A DNA stretch of 64,000 bases from an uncultured bacterium (GCA_964445745.1 CAYULU010000003.1:2456-66455); one strand, 5' to 3'; shown: positions 8,834 to 21,124, counted from the first letter of the stretch. The notes: generated by a model from the sequence alone, not told the origin. Numbers and translations: made by a program.

Positions 8834-9931
8834 TTACTTTGCGCCGAAGAGACGAAGAATATTGCGGATTTCGCCGGCAGGAATTCCTGCTCGGATCATG
8901 ACTTTACCGATTCGCACGGGAAGAACGAACCGGAGCTGGCCTTGAGCTTTTTTCTTATCTCTCATCATAGCTCGAAAACTGGCGGCAGTATCAATTTTCA
9001 ATGCATCGACTGAAACCGGCAAACCAAAGGCCTTGAGCAAATTCATTTGTCGCTTCACAAAACCCGGCGAACAAATACCAAGCTCGGCCGCAAGATGAGC
9101 CGCCATCACCATTCCGATCGCGACAGCTTCTCCATGGACAATTTTTTTATACCTTGTGGCATTTTCAATTCCGTGACCAAAAGTATGTCCGTAGTTAAGA
9201 ATGATCCGCTCCCCACGGGTTTCAAACTCATCCCGGATGACAACTTCCGCTTTGATTCGTGCCGAATCGGTTACGATTCTTTCCAGAGCGGCCGGATTTT
9301 TATTAAGGATTTTGGAGGCGTTCGATTCAAGAAAGTCGAAAAGGCCCGGATCGCGGATAACTCCATACTTCACGACTTCCGCAAGCGATGCCCTAAGCTC
9401 GCGTTCAGGGAGCGACTTCAGCACATTCATATCCGAAACCACAAGGGCGGGAGGATAAAATGAACCCATCATATTTTTCCCCTCGGGCAAGTTAATCCCT
9501 GTCTTCCCGCCAATCGAGCTGTCGACCTGCGCCAGGAGTGTCGTCGCAACATTAACATAAGGAATCCCGCGCAAATACACAGAGGCGGCAAACCCCGAAA
9601 GATCGCTTACGACCCCCCCTCCTATCGCCAAGATCCCGTCCGTTCGTTCAAAACCCTTGGCAAGAAGATTGCGAAGCAACCGAAAGAGCTCCGCCTGTGA
9701 CTTAGCCTGCTCTCCGTCCAATACCTTGTGAAAATAAACAGTATATCCGTTTCTTTTCAAGGAACCGGCGGTAGAACGCGCGTAGACCGAAACTCCGGTT
9801 TGAAAAATAACCATCACTCGAGCCTTGGGACGAAAAATTCCCTTAACAAACTGGCCGATCTTCCCCAAGAGCCCCTTGCCGATTACAACCTTGTACTTTC
9901 TCTTTTGACTATCAACGGGAATGATTTTCAT
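8834..9931 (-). CDS. aroB: 3-dehydroquinate synthase
   Basis: 365-aa ORF with GGGVVSDLSGFAASVYLRGI, GKN and NYGHTFGHGIE motifs. Confidence 0.9.
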   Translation of the reverse strand: MKIIPVDSQKRKYKVVIGKGLLGKIGQFVKGIFRPKARVMVIFQTGVSVYARSTAGSLKRNGYTVYFHKVLDGEQAKSQAELFRLLRNLLAKGFERTDGILAIGGGVVSDLSGFAASVYLRGIPYVNVATTLLAQVDSSIGGKTGINLPEGKNMMGSFYPPALVVSDMNVLKSLPERELRASLAEVVKYGVIRDPGLFDFLESNASKILNKNPAALERIVTDSARIKAEVVIRDEFETRGERIILNYGHTFGHGIENATRYKKIVHGEAVAIGMVMAAHLAAELGICSPGFVKRQMNLLKAFGLPVSVDALKIDTAASFRAMMRDKKKAQGQLRFVLPVRIGKVMIRAGIPAGEIRNILRLFGAK

Positions 9932-9940
9932 TCTACCTTC

Positions 9941-10447
9941 TTATTGTTTTAAATGTCTCATGATCTTCCGGGCCACCGATTCAGGAGACAAACCATCCGT
10001 CATCACGGAAAAATCACACGTGGTCTTATACCTGTCCCCCCGCCCTTCCAGAATTCTTTCGAGCGATCCCCTCGGATCCGAAGTATTAAGGAGCGGCCGG
10101 TTTTTGTTCTGACAAACCCTCTCCCATAAAACAGGAAGGGACGCTTCCAAAAAAATCACCTTCCCTGTCATTCGCATCTGTTCAACGTTTTCGTCCCGAA
10201 GAACAATCCCGCCGCCGGTTGAAAAAACCTGTCTCTCTTTCAGAGAGAACTCCTTAAGTACGCAGGTCTCCACATCACGGAAATACGGTTCTCCTTCAGA
10301 AGAAAAAATTGCGGTGATCGAACGGCCTTCTTTTTTTTCAATTTCCGAATCAAGATCGATAAAACCATAACTCATCAAGGCGGCCAACGCCCTTCCGGTA
10401 ACACTTTTCCCGGCGCCCATCATTCCGGTAAGGTATAGATTAGGCAC
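9941..10447 (-). CDS. aroK: Shikimate kinase
   Basis: 168-aa ORF with P-loop GMMGAGKSVTGRALA and FRDVE. Overlaps aroC by 8 nt. Confidence 0.9.
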   Translation of the reverse strand: MPNLYLTGMMGAGKSVTGRALAALMSYGFIDLDSEIEKKEGRSITAIFSSEGEPYFRDVETCVLKEFSLKERQVFSTGGGIVLRDENVEQMRMTGKVIFLEASLPVLWERVCQNKNRPLLNTSDPRGSLERILEGRGDRYKTTCDFSVMTDGLSPESVARKIMRHLKQ

Positions 10448-11558
10448 AAATTTGCCTCAAATAACCCTCGTAATTACGCCGGATTTCCCTCATCGAATCT
10501 CCGCCAAATTTCTCAAGAAACGAACGAGCGAGCACATAAGCCACAAGGGACTCCCCGATAACACTTCCCGCCGGGACCGCGCAGAAATCACTCCTCTCAA
10601 AGTCAGCCCTCTCAGCTTTTCGGGTTTTCATATTCACAGAGCTTAGGGGACTCGCAAGGGTCGCGATGGGTTTCATGGTCACTTTCACAACCACAGCCTC
10701 TCCGTTGGTCATACCGCCTTCAATCCCGCCCGCACGATTGGTCTTGTGATAATAACCTCTTGCCTTGGAATAAAAAATTTCATCGTGAGCCTCAGAACCC
10801 CACAGGGATGCAAGCTGGTCACCGACGCCTATCTCAATCGCCTTGGCAGACTGCTGGCTCATCAGAATTTGCGCAAGTTGGGCGTCAATCTTTCGCTCGT
10901 AGTGCACATAAGAACCCAACCCGATCGGCAAGCCTTCTGCTCGTATTTCATATTTGCCGCCAAGAGTATCTTTCTGTTTCTGGGCTTTTTCAATCGCCCG
11001 GATCATCGCTTGTTCTGTTTTCCTGCAGATACAGTTCACCAGAGAGCCTTTGGTGAGCCTGCGAATTTCGTCCACCGAGAACACTTCTTTTGGCAGCACC
11101 GCCGGTCCGATCTGGATCACATGCCCCGCAATCTCGATTCCAAATTCCCTAAGAAAAAGTTTACAGACCGCCCCCACAGCAACCCGCATCGTGGTCTCCC
11201 GTGCGCTCGAACGTTCCAGAACCGAGCGAATGTTCTGATGGTATTTGAGGGATCCCGCAAGATCCGCATGACCCGGCCGCGGCCGCTCAATAGAGGGGAG
11301 GACATCGACCGTATGGTCTTTATTTTTCAAGAGCAACCCCATCGGAGCTCCGGTCGTTTTTTTCCGGATGACCCCACCCATGATTTCAACATAATCCGTC
11401 TCGATTTTTTGTCTTCCGCCACGCCCAAACCCTTCCTGGCGGCGGCGCAATTCGCCGTTAATATAATCCATATCAACCCCAAGTCCGCTTGGCATGCCTT
11501 CCAGAATTACAGCCATATACCTTCCGTGAGATTCACCGGTCGTGATATAGTTCAGCAT
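10440..11558 (-). CDS. aroC: Chorismate synthase
   Basis: 372-aa ORF with TTGESHG, GRGGRQKIE, RPGHADL and ERSSARETT signature blocks. Confidence 0.92.
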   Translation of the reverse strand: MLNYITTGESHGRYMAVILEGMPSGLGVDMDYINGELRRRQEGFGRGGRQKIETDYVEIMGGVIRKKTTGAPMGLLLKNKDHTVDVLPSIERPRPGHADLAGSLKYHQNIRSVLERSSARETTMRVAVGAVCKLFLREFGIEIAGHVIQIGPAVLPKEVFSVDEIRRLTKGSLVNCICRKTEQAMIRAIEKAQKQKDTLGGKYEIRAEGLPIGLGSYVHYERKIDAQLAQILMSQQSAKAIEIGVGDQLASLWGSEAHDEIFYSKARGYYHKTNRAGGIEGGMTNGEAVVVKVTMKPIATLASPLSSVNMKTRKAERADFERSDFCAVPAGSVIGESLVAYVLARSFLEKFGGDSMREIRRNYEGYLRQICA

Positions 11559-11561
11559 AGA

Positions 11562-12353
11562 TCAGACTCCGTATAGTGTTGACAAAAAATTTAAAATTTT
11601 CGCACCCTCAAAAAAGAAGATGACCGACATGAGAGCCAAAAAAGGGCCGTACGGTATGGTCTCCTGTCTTTTCACAAAACGATAAAAAATCGCATAAGGA
11701 AGCGCAATAAACGGGGAAAACATGAAAACAAGCAACGTCTTTTCAATCCCGATAAATGCCCCGGTCATCGCCAGAAGTTTGATGTCTCCGCCCCCCATAC
11801 TTTCCTTACGAAACACAAGCTTCCCAAGCCAGCCCGTAAGCACAAGAATAGCGCCCCCGCCGATCAAACCGATCGCACTCGCAAAGAGTTTATGATACCA
11901 CAAGCCCTCTGGAAAGGCGCTCGTATTCAAAACACTCACCACGAGGCCAAAAAACATGCCGGGGATTGTAATTAAATCGGGAATGAGACCCGTCTCCAAA
12001 TCAGTCAGCGTCACCACAATCATCGCCGAAACAAAAACAACGGCGATCGCAAACCCCGTTGAAAGTCCATACGTTCGCCAAATCAAAAGCCAGCTAACAG
12101 CCGTCAAAAGCTCTACAAAAAAGTAACGAAATGATATCGGTCGTTTACATCGGAAACATTTGCCCCCAAGAATCAAGTAACTGAGGATCGGGATGTTTTC
12201 ATACCAAGGAATTGGAATTTTGCATTTGGGGCAATACGAACCCGGCCATACAATCGAAAGTTCCCGCGGCATCCGGTGGATACAGACATTCAAAAAACTT
12301 CCAACAATCGCCCCAAACATGAAAACAAATGCAGTATACAATGGTTCCATCAT
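11562..12353 (-). CDS. pilD: Prepilin (type IV leader) peptidase / N-methyltransferase, A24 family
   Basis: 263-aa polytopic ORF with CPKC...CFRC zinc motif and catalytic Asp contexts LTDLETG and GGGDIKL. Confidence 0.88.
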   Translation of the reverse strand: MMEPLYTAFVFMFGAIVGSFLNVCIHRMPRELSIVWPGSYCPKCKIPIPWYENIPILSYLILGGKCFRCKRPISFRYFFVELLTAVSWLLIWRTYGLSTGFAIAVVFVSAMIVVTLTDLETGLIPDLITIPGMFFGLVVSVLNTSAFPEGLWYHKLFASAIGLIGGGAILVLTGWLGKLVFRKESMGGGDIKLLAMTGAFIGIEKTLLVFMFSPFIALPYAIFYRFVKRQETIPYGPFLALMSVIFFFEGAKILNFLSTLYGV

Positions 12354-13279
12354 GCTCCGCCTTTCAGTCGAATCTTCTCCATCAATGCCTCACGCATGAC
12401 CGAAACCGGAGCCTTACGCCGGGTCCAGCATTCGAAGGCACGTACCCCCTGATAAAGCAACATACTGCTACCATTCAAAGTCCGGTGCCCCCGTTTTTTC
12501 GCAGCCGCAAGAAACGCGGTCTCAACCGGGTTATAAATCAAATCCATAAAAAGTTTGGGATCGTCTTTTTTTTGCAACACTGTCCGCCCACGCAAAACCT
12601 TTCCCTTTTTTCTTGCGTTCGGAATCCACTCTGCCGAAACGGGCAAGGGGTCATCTTTTTTGAGACCGAGTGGCGTCGCATTAACAACCAGGTCCGCTTG
12701 CGCAATCAGAGAACCAATTTCAGGATCTCCCGCTCGAAGCGGCAAACATTCTGTTCCTTTAAATATTTTTTGAAAATCCCGGATGATGTTTTCGGCTTTA
12801 CCTGGAACCGCATCCACAACCGACAATTTTCTTATACCTCGCAAACACAGTCCATAAGTAACGGCCCGCGACGCCCCGCCCGCACCAAGAACTACTGCTT
12901 TTTTGTTACGGGGACAAAAATGTCCTTCACGAGATAACGTGATCAAAAATCCTTCCATATCGGTGTTCGTGCCACACCAGCGATTTCCTTTTCTATAGAC
13001 TGTGTTGACCGCTCCAATGGCTCGCGCTTCAGGAGAAATCTGATCGAGAAACTTCAGCACCACTTCCTTGTAGGGTACTGTAACGTTAAATCCGGACAGT
13101 TGGGACTTTTTGATGTACCTCATGGCATCGCGAAAACCCGCAGAGTCTAGCTCCAGGACAATATAGTTGGCATCTATCCCAAGTGCACGAAATCCGGCCT
13201 CGTGCATATCGGGAGATAATGTGTGAGCCAGGGGATAACCAAAAATTCCGAACAGTTGGAATGGGGCTGGCGGCTTCAC
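12350..13279 (-). CDS. aroE: Shikimate 5-dehydrogenase
   Basis: 309-aa ORF with GYPLAHTLSPDMH, NVTVPYK, GAVNT and GAGGASRAV motifs. 4-nt overlaps with both neighbours. Confidence 0.85.
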   Translation of the reverse strand: MKPPAPFQLFGIFGYPLAHTLSPDMHEAGFRALGIDANYIVLELDSAGFRDAMRYIKKSQLSGFNVTVPYKEVVLKFLDQISPEARAIGAVNTVYRKGNRWCGTNTDMEGFLITLSREGHFCPRNKKAVVLGAGGASRAVTYGLCLRGIRKLSVVDAVPGKAENIIRDFQKIFKGTECLPLRAGDPEIGSLIAQADLVVNATPLGLKKDDPLPVSAEWIPNARKKGKVLRGRTVLQKKDDPKLFMDLIYNPVETAFLAAAKKRGHRTLNGSSMLLYQGVRAFECWTRRKAPVSVMREALMEKIRLKGGA

Positions 13280-14820
13280 ACGGGCGACGGTGTTTGAACC
13301 GGCTTGGGTTCCTGAGACAACTTATTTAACGCAAAAAGATATGCGTGTACACTGGCTTCGATAATGTCGGTGCTTGTCCCACGCCCCGTAACCTCTTTAG
13401 GGCCCACCGCAAGTTTCACGACCACTTCACCCAAAGCGTCTTTACCACCGGTAACAGACTGTAAACCATAGTGCGCGACCTGGGCCTTCGACTGAACAAC
13501 CCGCTCAATCGCCTTGTAGCACGCATCAACGGGACCATCTCCGGTCGAGCTGGATTCACTGACCTGTCCATGATAAGAAAGGCGGACCGTGGCAAAAGGT
13601 TTTTGTCCCGTTTCCGAAACCACCTTCATCGAAACAAGCTTCCATGCCTCCGGAATTTGAGCCATCTGATTCTGTAAAATTGCTTCGAGATCCTCGTCGA
13701 AGATATATTTTTTCTTGTCAGCCAGCGCTTTAAACTTAGCAAAGGCATCATCCATTTCTTTCGGGGACAGATGGAATCCGAGTTTTTTTACGCGTACCGC
13801 AAACGCGTGCTTGCCGGAAAGCTTACCCAACATCAGCTGGCTTCCGGAAAGTCCGATTTTTTTCGGATTCATAATCTCGTAGGTCTGCCGCTTTTTCAAG
13901 ATACCATCCTGATGAATCCCGGAAGCATGCCAAAAGGCATTGCGCCCGACAATCGCCCTATTGGGCTGAACTACCATCCCGGTAAGATGCGACACCAACC
14001 GGGAAGCTTTGGTGATTTCAGACAACTTGATGTCCGTGTAACAATGCATAAAATCCTTGCGGGTATCGATCGTCATAACAATCTCTTCCATGGAGGCATT
14101 CCCGGCACGCTCTCCGATCGCGTTCACGGTACATTCCACCTGGTTGGCACCGGCCAAAATCGCCGCGAGCGAATTCGCGGTCGCGAGACCAAGGTCGTTA
14201 TGGCAGTGAACCGACAAAACCACTTTTTTACCGAATTCCGGATTTTTTTTGATTAAAAACCTCATAAGCTCGGAGAATTCCTGGGGCACCGTATAGCCGA
14301 CCGTGTCAGGGATGTTGATTGAGGTTGCACCGGCATCAATCGCGGCCCGCACCACTTGGGCAAGAAAATCCCGTTCGGTCCGCGAAGCGTCTTCCGGTGA
14401 GAACTCGATTTGGCGGAAATCTTTTTTGGCAGAACGAATATTCTTAACCGCCATTTCGATGATCTCACGCTTGTCTTTTTTAAGCTTGAAATCACGATGA
14501 ATTTGCGATGTCGCAAGAAAAACATGTAACCGTTTTTTCGCGGCTTTTTCGAGAGCCCGGCGACAAGCGTCAATGTCCTTTGGAACCATGCGGGAAAGGC
14601 CGCAGATCACAGGTTTTCTTACCTGTTCCGCCACCAAGCTCACAGCCTTCATCTCGCCTTCCGACGAAGCAGGAAACCCCGCTTCAATAACGTCGATATT
14701 GAGACGCTCAAGCTGTTTTGCGATTTTAAGCTTTTCTTCGGGAGTCAGGGAGGCCCCTGGCGATTGCTCGCCATCTCGCAACGTTGTGTCAAAAATATAT
14801 ATCCTCCGAGCCGCCTTCAT
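13276..14820 (-). CDS. leuA: 2-isopropylmalate synthase (LeuA/CimA family)
   Basis: 514-aa ORF with DTTLRDGEQSPG and HCHNDLGLATANSLAA, plus a C-terminal LeuA dimerisation/regulatory region. LeuA and citramalate synthase cannot be told apart by eye. Confidence 0.8.
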   Translation of the reverse strand: MKAARRIYIFDTTLRDGEQSPGASLTPEEKLKIAKQLERLNIDVIEAGFPASSEGEMKAVSLVAEQVRKPVICGLSRMVPKDIDACRRALEKAAKKRLHVFLATSQIHRDFKLKKDKREIIEMAVKNIRSAKKDFRQIEFSPEDASRTERDFLAQVVRAAIDAGATSINIPDTVGYTVPQEFSELMRFLIKKNPEFGKKVVLSVHCHNDLGLATANSLAAILAGANQVECTVNAIGERAGNASMEEIVMTIDTRKDFMHCYTDIKLSEITKASRLVSHLTGMVVQPNRAIVGRNAFWHASGIHQDGILKKRQTYEIMNPKKIGLSGSQLMLGKLSGKHAFAVRVKKLGFHLSPKEMDDAFAKFKALADKKKYIFDEDLEAILQNQMAQIPEAWKLVSMKVVSETGQKPFATVRLSYHGQVSESSSTGDGPVDACYKAIERVVQSKAQVAHYGLQSVTGGKDALGEVVVKLAVGPKEVTGRGTSTDIIEASVHAYLFALNKLSQEPKPVQTPSPV

Positions 14821-14891
14821 GGTTTCAATACCGTCTCTCTTTCCTTATGAATTGCGAAAGCCCCGAATCACGAGCTAACTAACCTTACTTT

Positions 14892-15890
14892 TTACTTCTT
14901 GTTAATAAACTCCATCATCTTGCGAAGTTTTTCGCCAGTTGATTCAATGGAATGTTGTTCGCAAGCTTCCCGCATTTTTTTGAAATTCGGGCGCCCTTGT
15001 TTATTTTCATCCATCCATTCCTTCGCAAATTTGCCGCTTACGATTTCTTCCAGCATTTTTTTCATTTCCTTGCGGGTTTCCGCTGTCACCACACGAGGCC
15101 CACGGCTGTATCCGCCGTATTCCGCCGTATCGGATACCCTTTTATACATCCCTGAAATGCCCGAAACAAACATTGCGTCCACAATCAGCTTCACTTCGTG
15201 GAGACATTCAAAATAGGCCATTTCGGGTTGATAGCCCGCGTTTACCAGCGTATCAAACCCGGCGGTAATTAACTCACTAAGGCCTCCACAAAGAACCGCT
15301 TGCTCACCAAAGAGATCGGTTTCAGTCTCTTCCTTGAACGTGGTTTCAATCACGCCAGCACGAGTCCCACCGATCGCCTTGGCATAAGCCAGCCCGATCT
15401 CGAGGGCTTTACCGCTCGCGTTTTGCTTGATCGCCACAAGGCACGGAACCCCGCCACCTTCCACAAACTGGGAACGAACCAGTGAACCCGGGCCTTTCGG
15501 CGCGACCATAAATACATCAATCTCCGGCGCCGGTTTGATATAACCAAAGTGGATGTTAAATCCGTGGGAGAAACAAAGCGACTTGCCCTTTTTTAGATTG
15601 GGAGCAATCTGTTTTTCATAAATTGTGGCCTGAAGATGGTCCTGGGTCAAAATCTGGATAATGTCCGCTTCTTGAGCCGCATCGGCTGCCGCGACCGGCT
15701 TGAAACCATCTTGGACAGCCATTTCATAATTCGGTGTCCCGGGGAGCTCCGCAACAATCACGGCCACTCCGGAATCGCGAAGATTCAAACCCTGCCCACG
15801 CCCCTGAATTCCATAACCGATAATTGCAACCTTCTTCCCCTTGAGTAGATTAAGGTCTGCATCCTTGTCGTAATAAATTTTTGCTGACAT
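14892..15890 (-). CDS. ilvC: Ketol-acid reductoisomerase (class I)
   Basis: 332-aa ORF with [17 protein letters not shown] and SHGFNIHF motifs. Confidence 0.93.
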   Translation of the reverse strand: MSAKIYYDKDADLNLLKGKKVAIIGYGIQGRGQGLNLRDSGVAVIVAELPGTPNYEMAVQDGFKPVAAADAAQEADIIQILTQDHLQATIYEKQIAPNLKKGKSLCFSHGFNIHFGYIKPAPEIDVFMVAPKGPGSLVRSQFVEGGGVPCLVAIKQNASGKALEIGLAYAKAIGGTRAGVIETTFKEETETDLFGEQAVLCGGLSELITAGFDTLVNAGYQPEMAYFECLHEVKLIVDAMFVSGISGMYKRVSDTAEYGGYSRGPRVVTAETRKEMKKMLEEIVSGKFAKEWMDENKQGRPNFKKMREACEQHSIESTGEKLRKMMEFINKK

Positions 15891-15920
15891 TTTAGTTTCC
15901 TTTCTGGTTGTTAATTGAAA

Positions 15921-16466
15921 TTATTTCTTTTTCTTAGAAGGTCTTCTCAGCGAAGCCTTACGGGCGCCTTTGACACTGGGCATTTTAAGCTCATGCCGCC
16001 GAGCCATCGCAATCTGCCCGGTCCTTACAACTTCGCGCAAATTAAACGGCTTCAAGAGCTCAAGCATGGCATCAATTTTTCCTTCGCTTCCCGTCACCTC
16101 GATCGTCATGCTCTCGGGACTTACGTCCACGATTTTCGCCCGAAATGTATTCACAACATGCATGATGTCATTCCGGTTTACAGCGTTGGCACCGATCTTG
16201 ATCAATACGAGTTCCCTTTCGATCACGTCTTTGTTCGTCACATCTTCAACACAAACGACATCGATCAGTTTCCCGAGCTGTTTCATTATCTGATCCACCA
16301 CTCGATCATCCCCCTGCGCGATCACAGTCATGCGCGACACCTGAGGATCCTGGGTTTCCCCCACAGCAAGGCTGTCGATATTAAACCCACGCGCAGAGAA
16401 AAGCCCCGCCACACGCGCCAAAACACCAAAGTGATTCTCCACTAGGACCGAAATTGTATGTTTCAT
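15921..16466 (-). CDS. ilvN: Acetolactate synthase small (regulatory) subunit
   Basis: 181-aa ORF with ACT-domain start HTISVLVENHFGVLARVAGLFSARGFNI, plus a short basic C-terminal tail. Confidence 0.9.
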   Translation of the reverse strand: MKHTISVLVENHFGVLARVAGLFSARGFNIDSLAVGETQDPQVSRMTVIAQGDDRVVDQIMKQLGKLIDVVCVEDVTNKDVIERELVLIKIGANAVNRNDIMHVVNTFRAKIVDVSPESMTIEVTGSEGKIDAMLELLKPFNLREVVRTGQIAMARRHELKMPSVKGARKASLRRPSKKKK

Positions 16467-16547
16467 ATCAAACTCCTTTTTTAGGAACTAAGGAAAAGCA
16501 GAAAAAAACTTTTTTTATCCGCTATCCTTGAAACCCGCCAGCCCGTG

Positions 16548-18233
16548 TCAGGCCATGTCCATAATTTGATCAATCGCGTTACCAGCCGCGACCATCGGAT
16601 ACACATTTGATTCGGGTGCCACTAGGCAATGAACCACAACAGGACCTCGGTGCGCAAGGGCTTTTTTAATCACAGGACACACTTCCTTCTTCGTTCTTAT
16701 TTTAAGAGCGCGGATCCCGTAAGATTCCACCAGTTTCACAAAATCGGGATTTGTAGGACCAATCACCGAACCGGAATAGCGTCTTTTGTAAAAAAGCTCC
16801 TGCCACTGTCGAACCATTCCGTAGTAGCCATTGTCCATGATAAAAACCTTGATCGGAACCTTGTTAAAAGCCGCTGTTGCCAATTCAGTCATAGTCATCT
16901 GAAAAGAACCGTCGCCTTCGATACAAACCACTGTCGCCTTGGGGCAAGCAATCTGCGCCCCGATCGACGCCGGGAAACCATATCCCATAGTCCCAAGTCC
17001 TCCCGAAGACAACATAGTCCTGGGTTTTTTAAACTTGTACCACTGAGCCGTCCACATCTGGTGCTGGCCCACGCCGGTCACTACCACCGCTTCATGCCGC
17101 GTCAATTCGCCGATCTGCTCAATGACGTATTCCTGCATAACCTTAGCGGATTCACGATCATATTTCATCGGGTGCTTCTCTTTCCATAACGCAATCTGAT
17201 CCAGCCAAGGTTTGATTTCCGCACGTTTATCCCCAACAAGCCCGAGCAATTCGTTAACAGCCATCTTCACGTCACTCACCACCGGCACATGGGCCTTGAC
17301 CGTTTTCGAAATCGAGGAAGGATCAATATCAATATGAATGATCTTCGCCTGCGGCGCAAACTTGGCGACATTCCCGGTCACACGATCATCGAAACGTGCG
17401 CCAATGCCGATCAGAACATCCGAATTCTGGACGGAATAGTTCGCATAATGAGTCCCGTGCATCCCCAGCATTCGCAAGGACGACGGGTGCGTCTCCGGGA
17501 AAACTCCGAGACCGAGGATGGTGGTCGTAATAGGAATTCCCGTTTTTTCCACCAGCGCCCGGATTTCCTTTTCTGCGCCTGAAATAATAGCACCACCACC
17601 GACATAAAGAACCGGCCTCTTACTTTGGTTGATCAGGCGCGCTGCCTTGCAAATCTGACTCGCCGCGTCCGGGTTAGGAAGATCCGGCCGATACGAACGG
17701 ATAAAAACACTTTCCGGCCACACAAACTCAGCTTTCGCCCGACTGACATCCACGGGAAAATCAATCAGCACAGGACCCGGTCGGCCTGTCGTTGCAATGT
17801 AAAATGCTTCCCGCACAGTTTTTGCAATCTCTTTCACATCTTTGATTAAAAAATTATGTTTCGTAATGGGGCGTGTAATTCCGACAATATCCACTTCCTG
17901 AAACGCATCACTCCCGATCGCATTCGTCACCACCTGCCCTGTGATACAAATCATAGGCACACAATCCATATAGGCCGTGGCCAAGCCGGTCACCGTGTTT
18001 GTAGCTGCAGGTCCTGAAGTTACCATACAGACGCCGGGTCGACCGCTTGCGCGCGCGTACCCGTCCGCCATGTGCGTCGCACCCTGCTCATGTTTCGTAA
18101 GAATCAACTTAATCTTTGAATCGTAAAGAACGTCGTAAGTCGGGAGAATCACCCCTCCGGGAAGCCCGAAGATGTGCTTCACTCCTTCCATTTCAAGACT
18201 TTTGACCAAAATCTGTGCGCCGGTTAGTTCCAT
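16548..18233 (-). CDS. ilvB: Acetolactate synthase large (catalytic) subunit
   Basis: 561-aa ThDP enzyme with GLPGGVILP, HEQGATHMADGYARASG and GDGSFQMT motifs. Confidence 0.9.
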   Translation of the reverse strand: MELTGAQILVKSLEMEGVKHIFGLPGGVILPTYDVLYDSKIKLILTKHEQGATHMADGYARASGRPGVCMVTSGPAATNTVTGLATAYMDCVPMICITGQVVTNAIGSDAFQEVDIVGITRPITKHNFLIKDVKEIAKTVREAFYIATTGRPGPVLIDFPVDVSRAKAEFVWPESVFIRSYRPDLPNPDAASQICKAARLINQSKRPVLYVGGGAIISGAEKEIRALVEKTGIPITTTILGLGVFPETHPSSLRMLGMHGTHYANYSVQNSDVLIGIGARFDDRVTGNVAKFAPQAKIIHIDIDPSSISKTVKAHVPVVSDVKMAVNELLGLVGDKRAEIKPWLDQIALWKEKHPMKYDRESAKVMQEYVIEQIGELTRHEAVVVTGVGQHQMWTAQWYKFKKPRTMLSSGGLGTMGYGFPASIGAQIACPKATVVCIEGDGSFQMTMTELATAAFNKVPIKVFIMDNGYYGMVRQWQELFYKRRYSGSVIGPTNPDFVKLVESYGIRALKIRTKKEVCPVIKKALAHRGPVVVHCLVAPESNVYPMVAAGNAIDQIMDMA

Positions 18234-18251
18234 AATAAATTTCCTTTTAGA

Positions 18252-19088
18252 TTAAACCGTAAAAAAATCTTTGACGCCTTTCTTAAATTTCGCCTTAAAT
18301 CCTTTTTGACTTTTTTCAACCGCCGCCGAAAAACTCTGCCCGGTAGTTTCAACCCAGTTGTAGGCTTCCTTCTTTAGTTCCGACATTTCAAAACCCTTCC
18401 CATCCGGGACTTCCACCAGTTTCAAGGGATACCCTTTTTCCTGCAAACCATCAAGCCATGCCTGATTTTGCTCTTTAACATCCGGCTGATCGACCTGAAA
18501 TACCACGAAAAAAGGCTGTTGTTTAGACAAGTTGGAACTCAAATGTATTAATCGCGCAAAAGGTCCTGCCCATGCCTGACCCAACAAAATCGCCCCCGCA
18601 AACTCTTTGGGATAATTCGTCGCCAGATAAGCCGCGTAATGAGCACCCGTATTTTTCCCTGTGATATAAACTTTCTTTTCGCTCACCGGGAATCTTTCCT
18701 GGACATCTTTTTTCACCTGTAGCAACCATGTATCCAGATTTGTGGGCACATCGTCGTCTTCGGTCCACAAGCCTGCCGTCGAAAGGACAAAGACCATATT
18801 TTGATCCGCAATGCCTTTCCAGTAAGCAATCCCTTCCTCTCCCCCCACTCCCTCACTCGGAGCTATCATGATCATGGGATAACTTCGATCTGCCCTGTAA
18901 CCCTTCGGGGCATACAAGAAAACCGGATATTTATAATCTGAAACCGCCAAGAGACCGGATGGGAACGGATCCTGGGCGGCCTTTTCCAAAACATCCCCAC
19001 TCACCAACTCTTGAGCGAACACCTTGAAAGGGCTTAGAAAAAAAACAGCAATTGCAAGGACAAAGACGGTTTTCTTTGTATTTGTCAT
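18252..19088 (-). CDS. Secreted alpha/beta-hydrolase-like hypothetical protein (nucleophile motif not conserved)
   Basis: 278-aa ORF with signal peptide ...FFLSPFKVFA/QEL. Esterase-like layout (PMIMIAPSEG..., VYITGKNTGAHYAAY), but the expected GxSxG elbow reads GKNTG. Sits 18 nt upstream of ilvB. Confidence 0.45.
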   Translation of the reverse strand: MTNTKKTVFVLAIAVFFLSPFKVFAQELVSGDVLEKAAQDPFPSGLLAVSDYKYPVFLYAPKGYRADRSYPMIMIAPSEGVGGEEGIAYWKGIADQNMVFVLSTAGLWTEDDDVPTNLDTWLLQVKKDVQERFPVSEKKVYITGKNTGAHYAAYLATNYPKEFAGAILLGQAWAGPFARLIHLSSNLSKQQPFFVVFQVDQPDVKEQNQAWLDGLQEKGYPLKLVEVPDGKGFEMSELKKEAYNWVETTGQSFSAAVEKSQKGFKAKFKKGVKDFFTV

Positions 19089-19151
19089 AAGAACACCTTT
19101 GTGTCTCGCGAGGGTTAAATGATGTAAGTGCCTGAAAGTAAAGAAGTTATT

Positions 19152-19179
19152 ATTATATTCATTCGCCTTATGTTGTCAA
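19152..19179 (-). promoter_or_regulatory. Consensus sigma-70-type promoter upstream of 18252..19088 (and probably ilvBNC...)
   Basis: Minus strand TTGACA-16 nt-TATAAT, a perfect match in both hexamers. Confidence 0.6.
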
Positions 19180-19298
19180 AGGCATCCAGAGATATAAATT
19201 TTCTTCGGCCGGGAGCCACAATGTACCTTTTTCTATATCAACAGGTTATAACGATCCAAGTAAGGACCACCCGTATTTTCCCCGGACTTATCGAAGAA

Positions 19299-21124
<1,826 letters not shown>

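Noticed and set aside
16495-16520. A7-C-T7 palindrome (AGAAAAAAACTTTTTTTATC) in the ilvB-ilvN spacer
   Set aside because: A hairpin with a 1-nt loop is not feasible. It is more likely an A/T-rich spacer next to the ilvN SD than a terminator.
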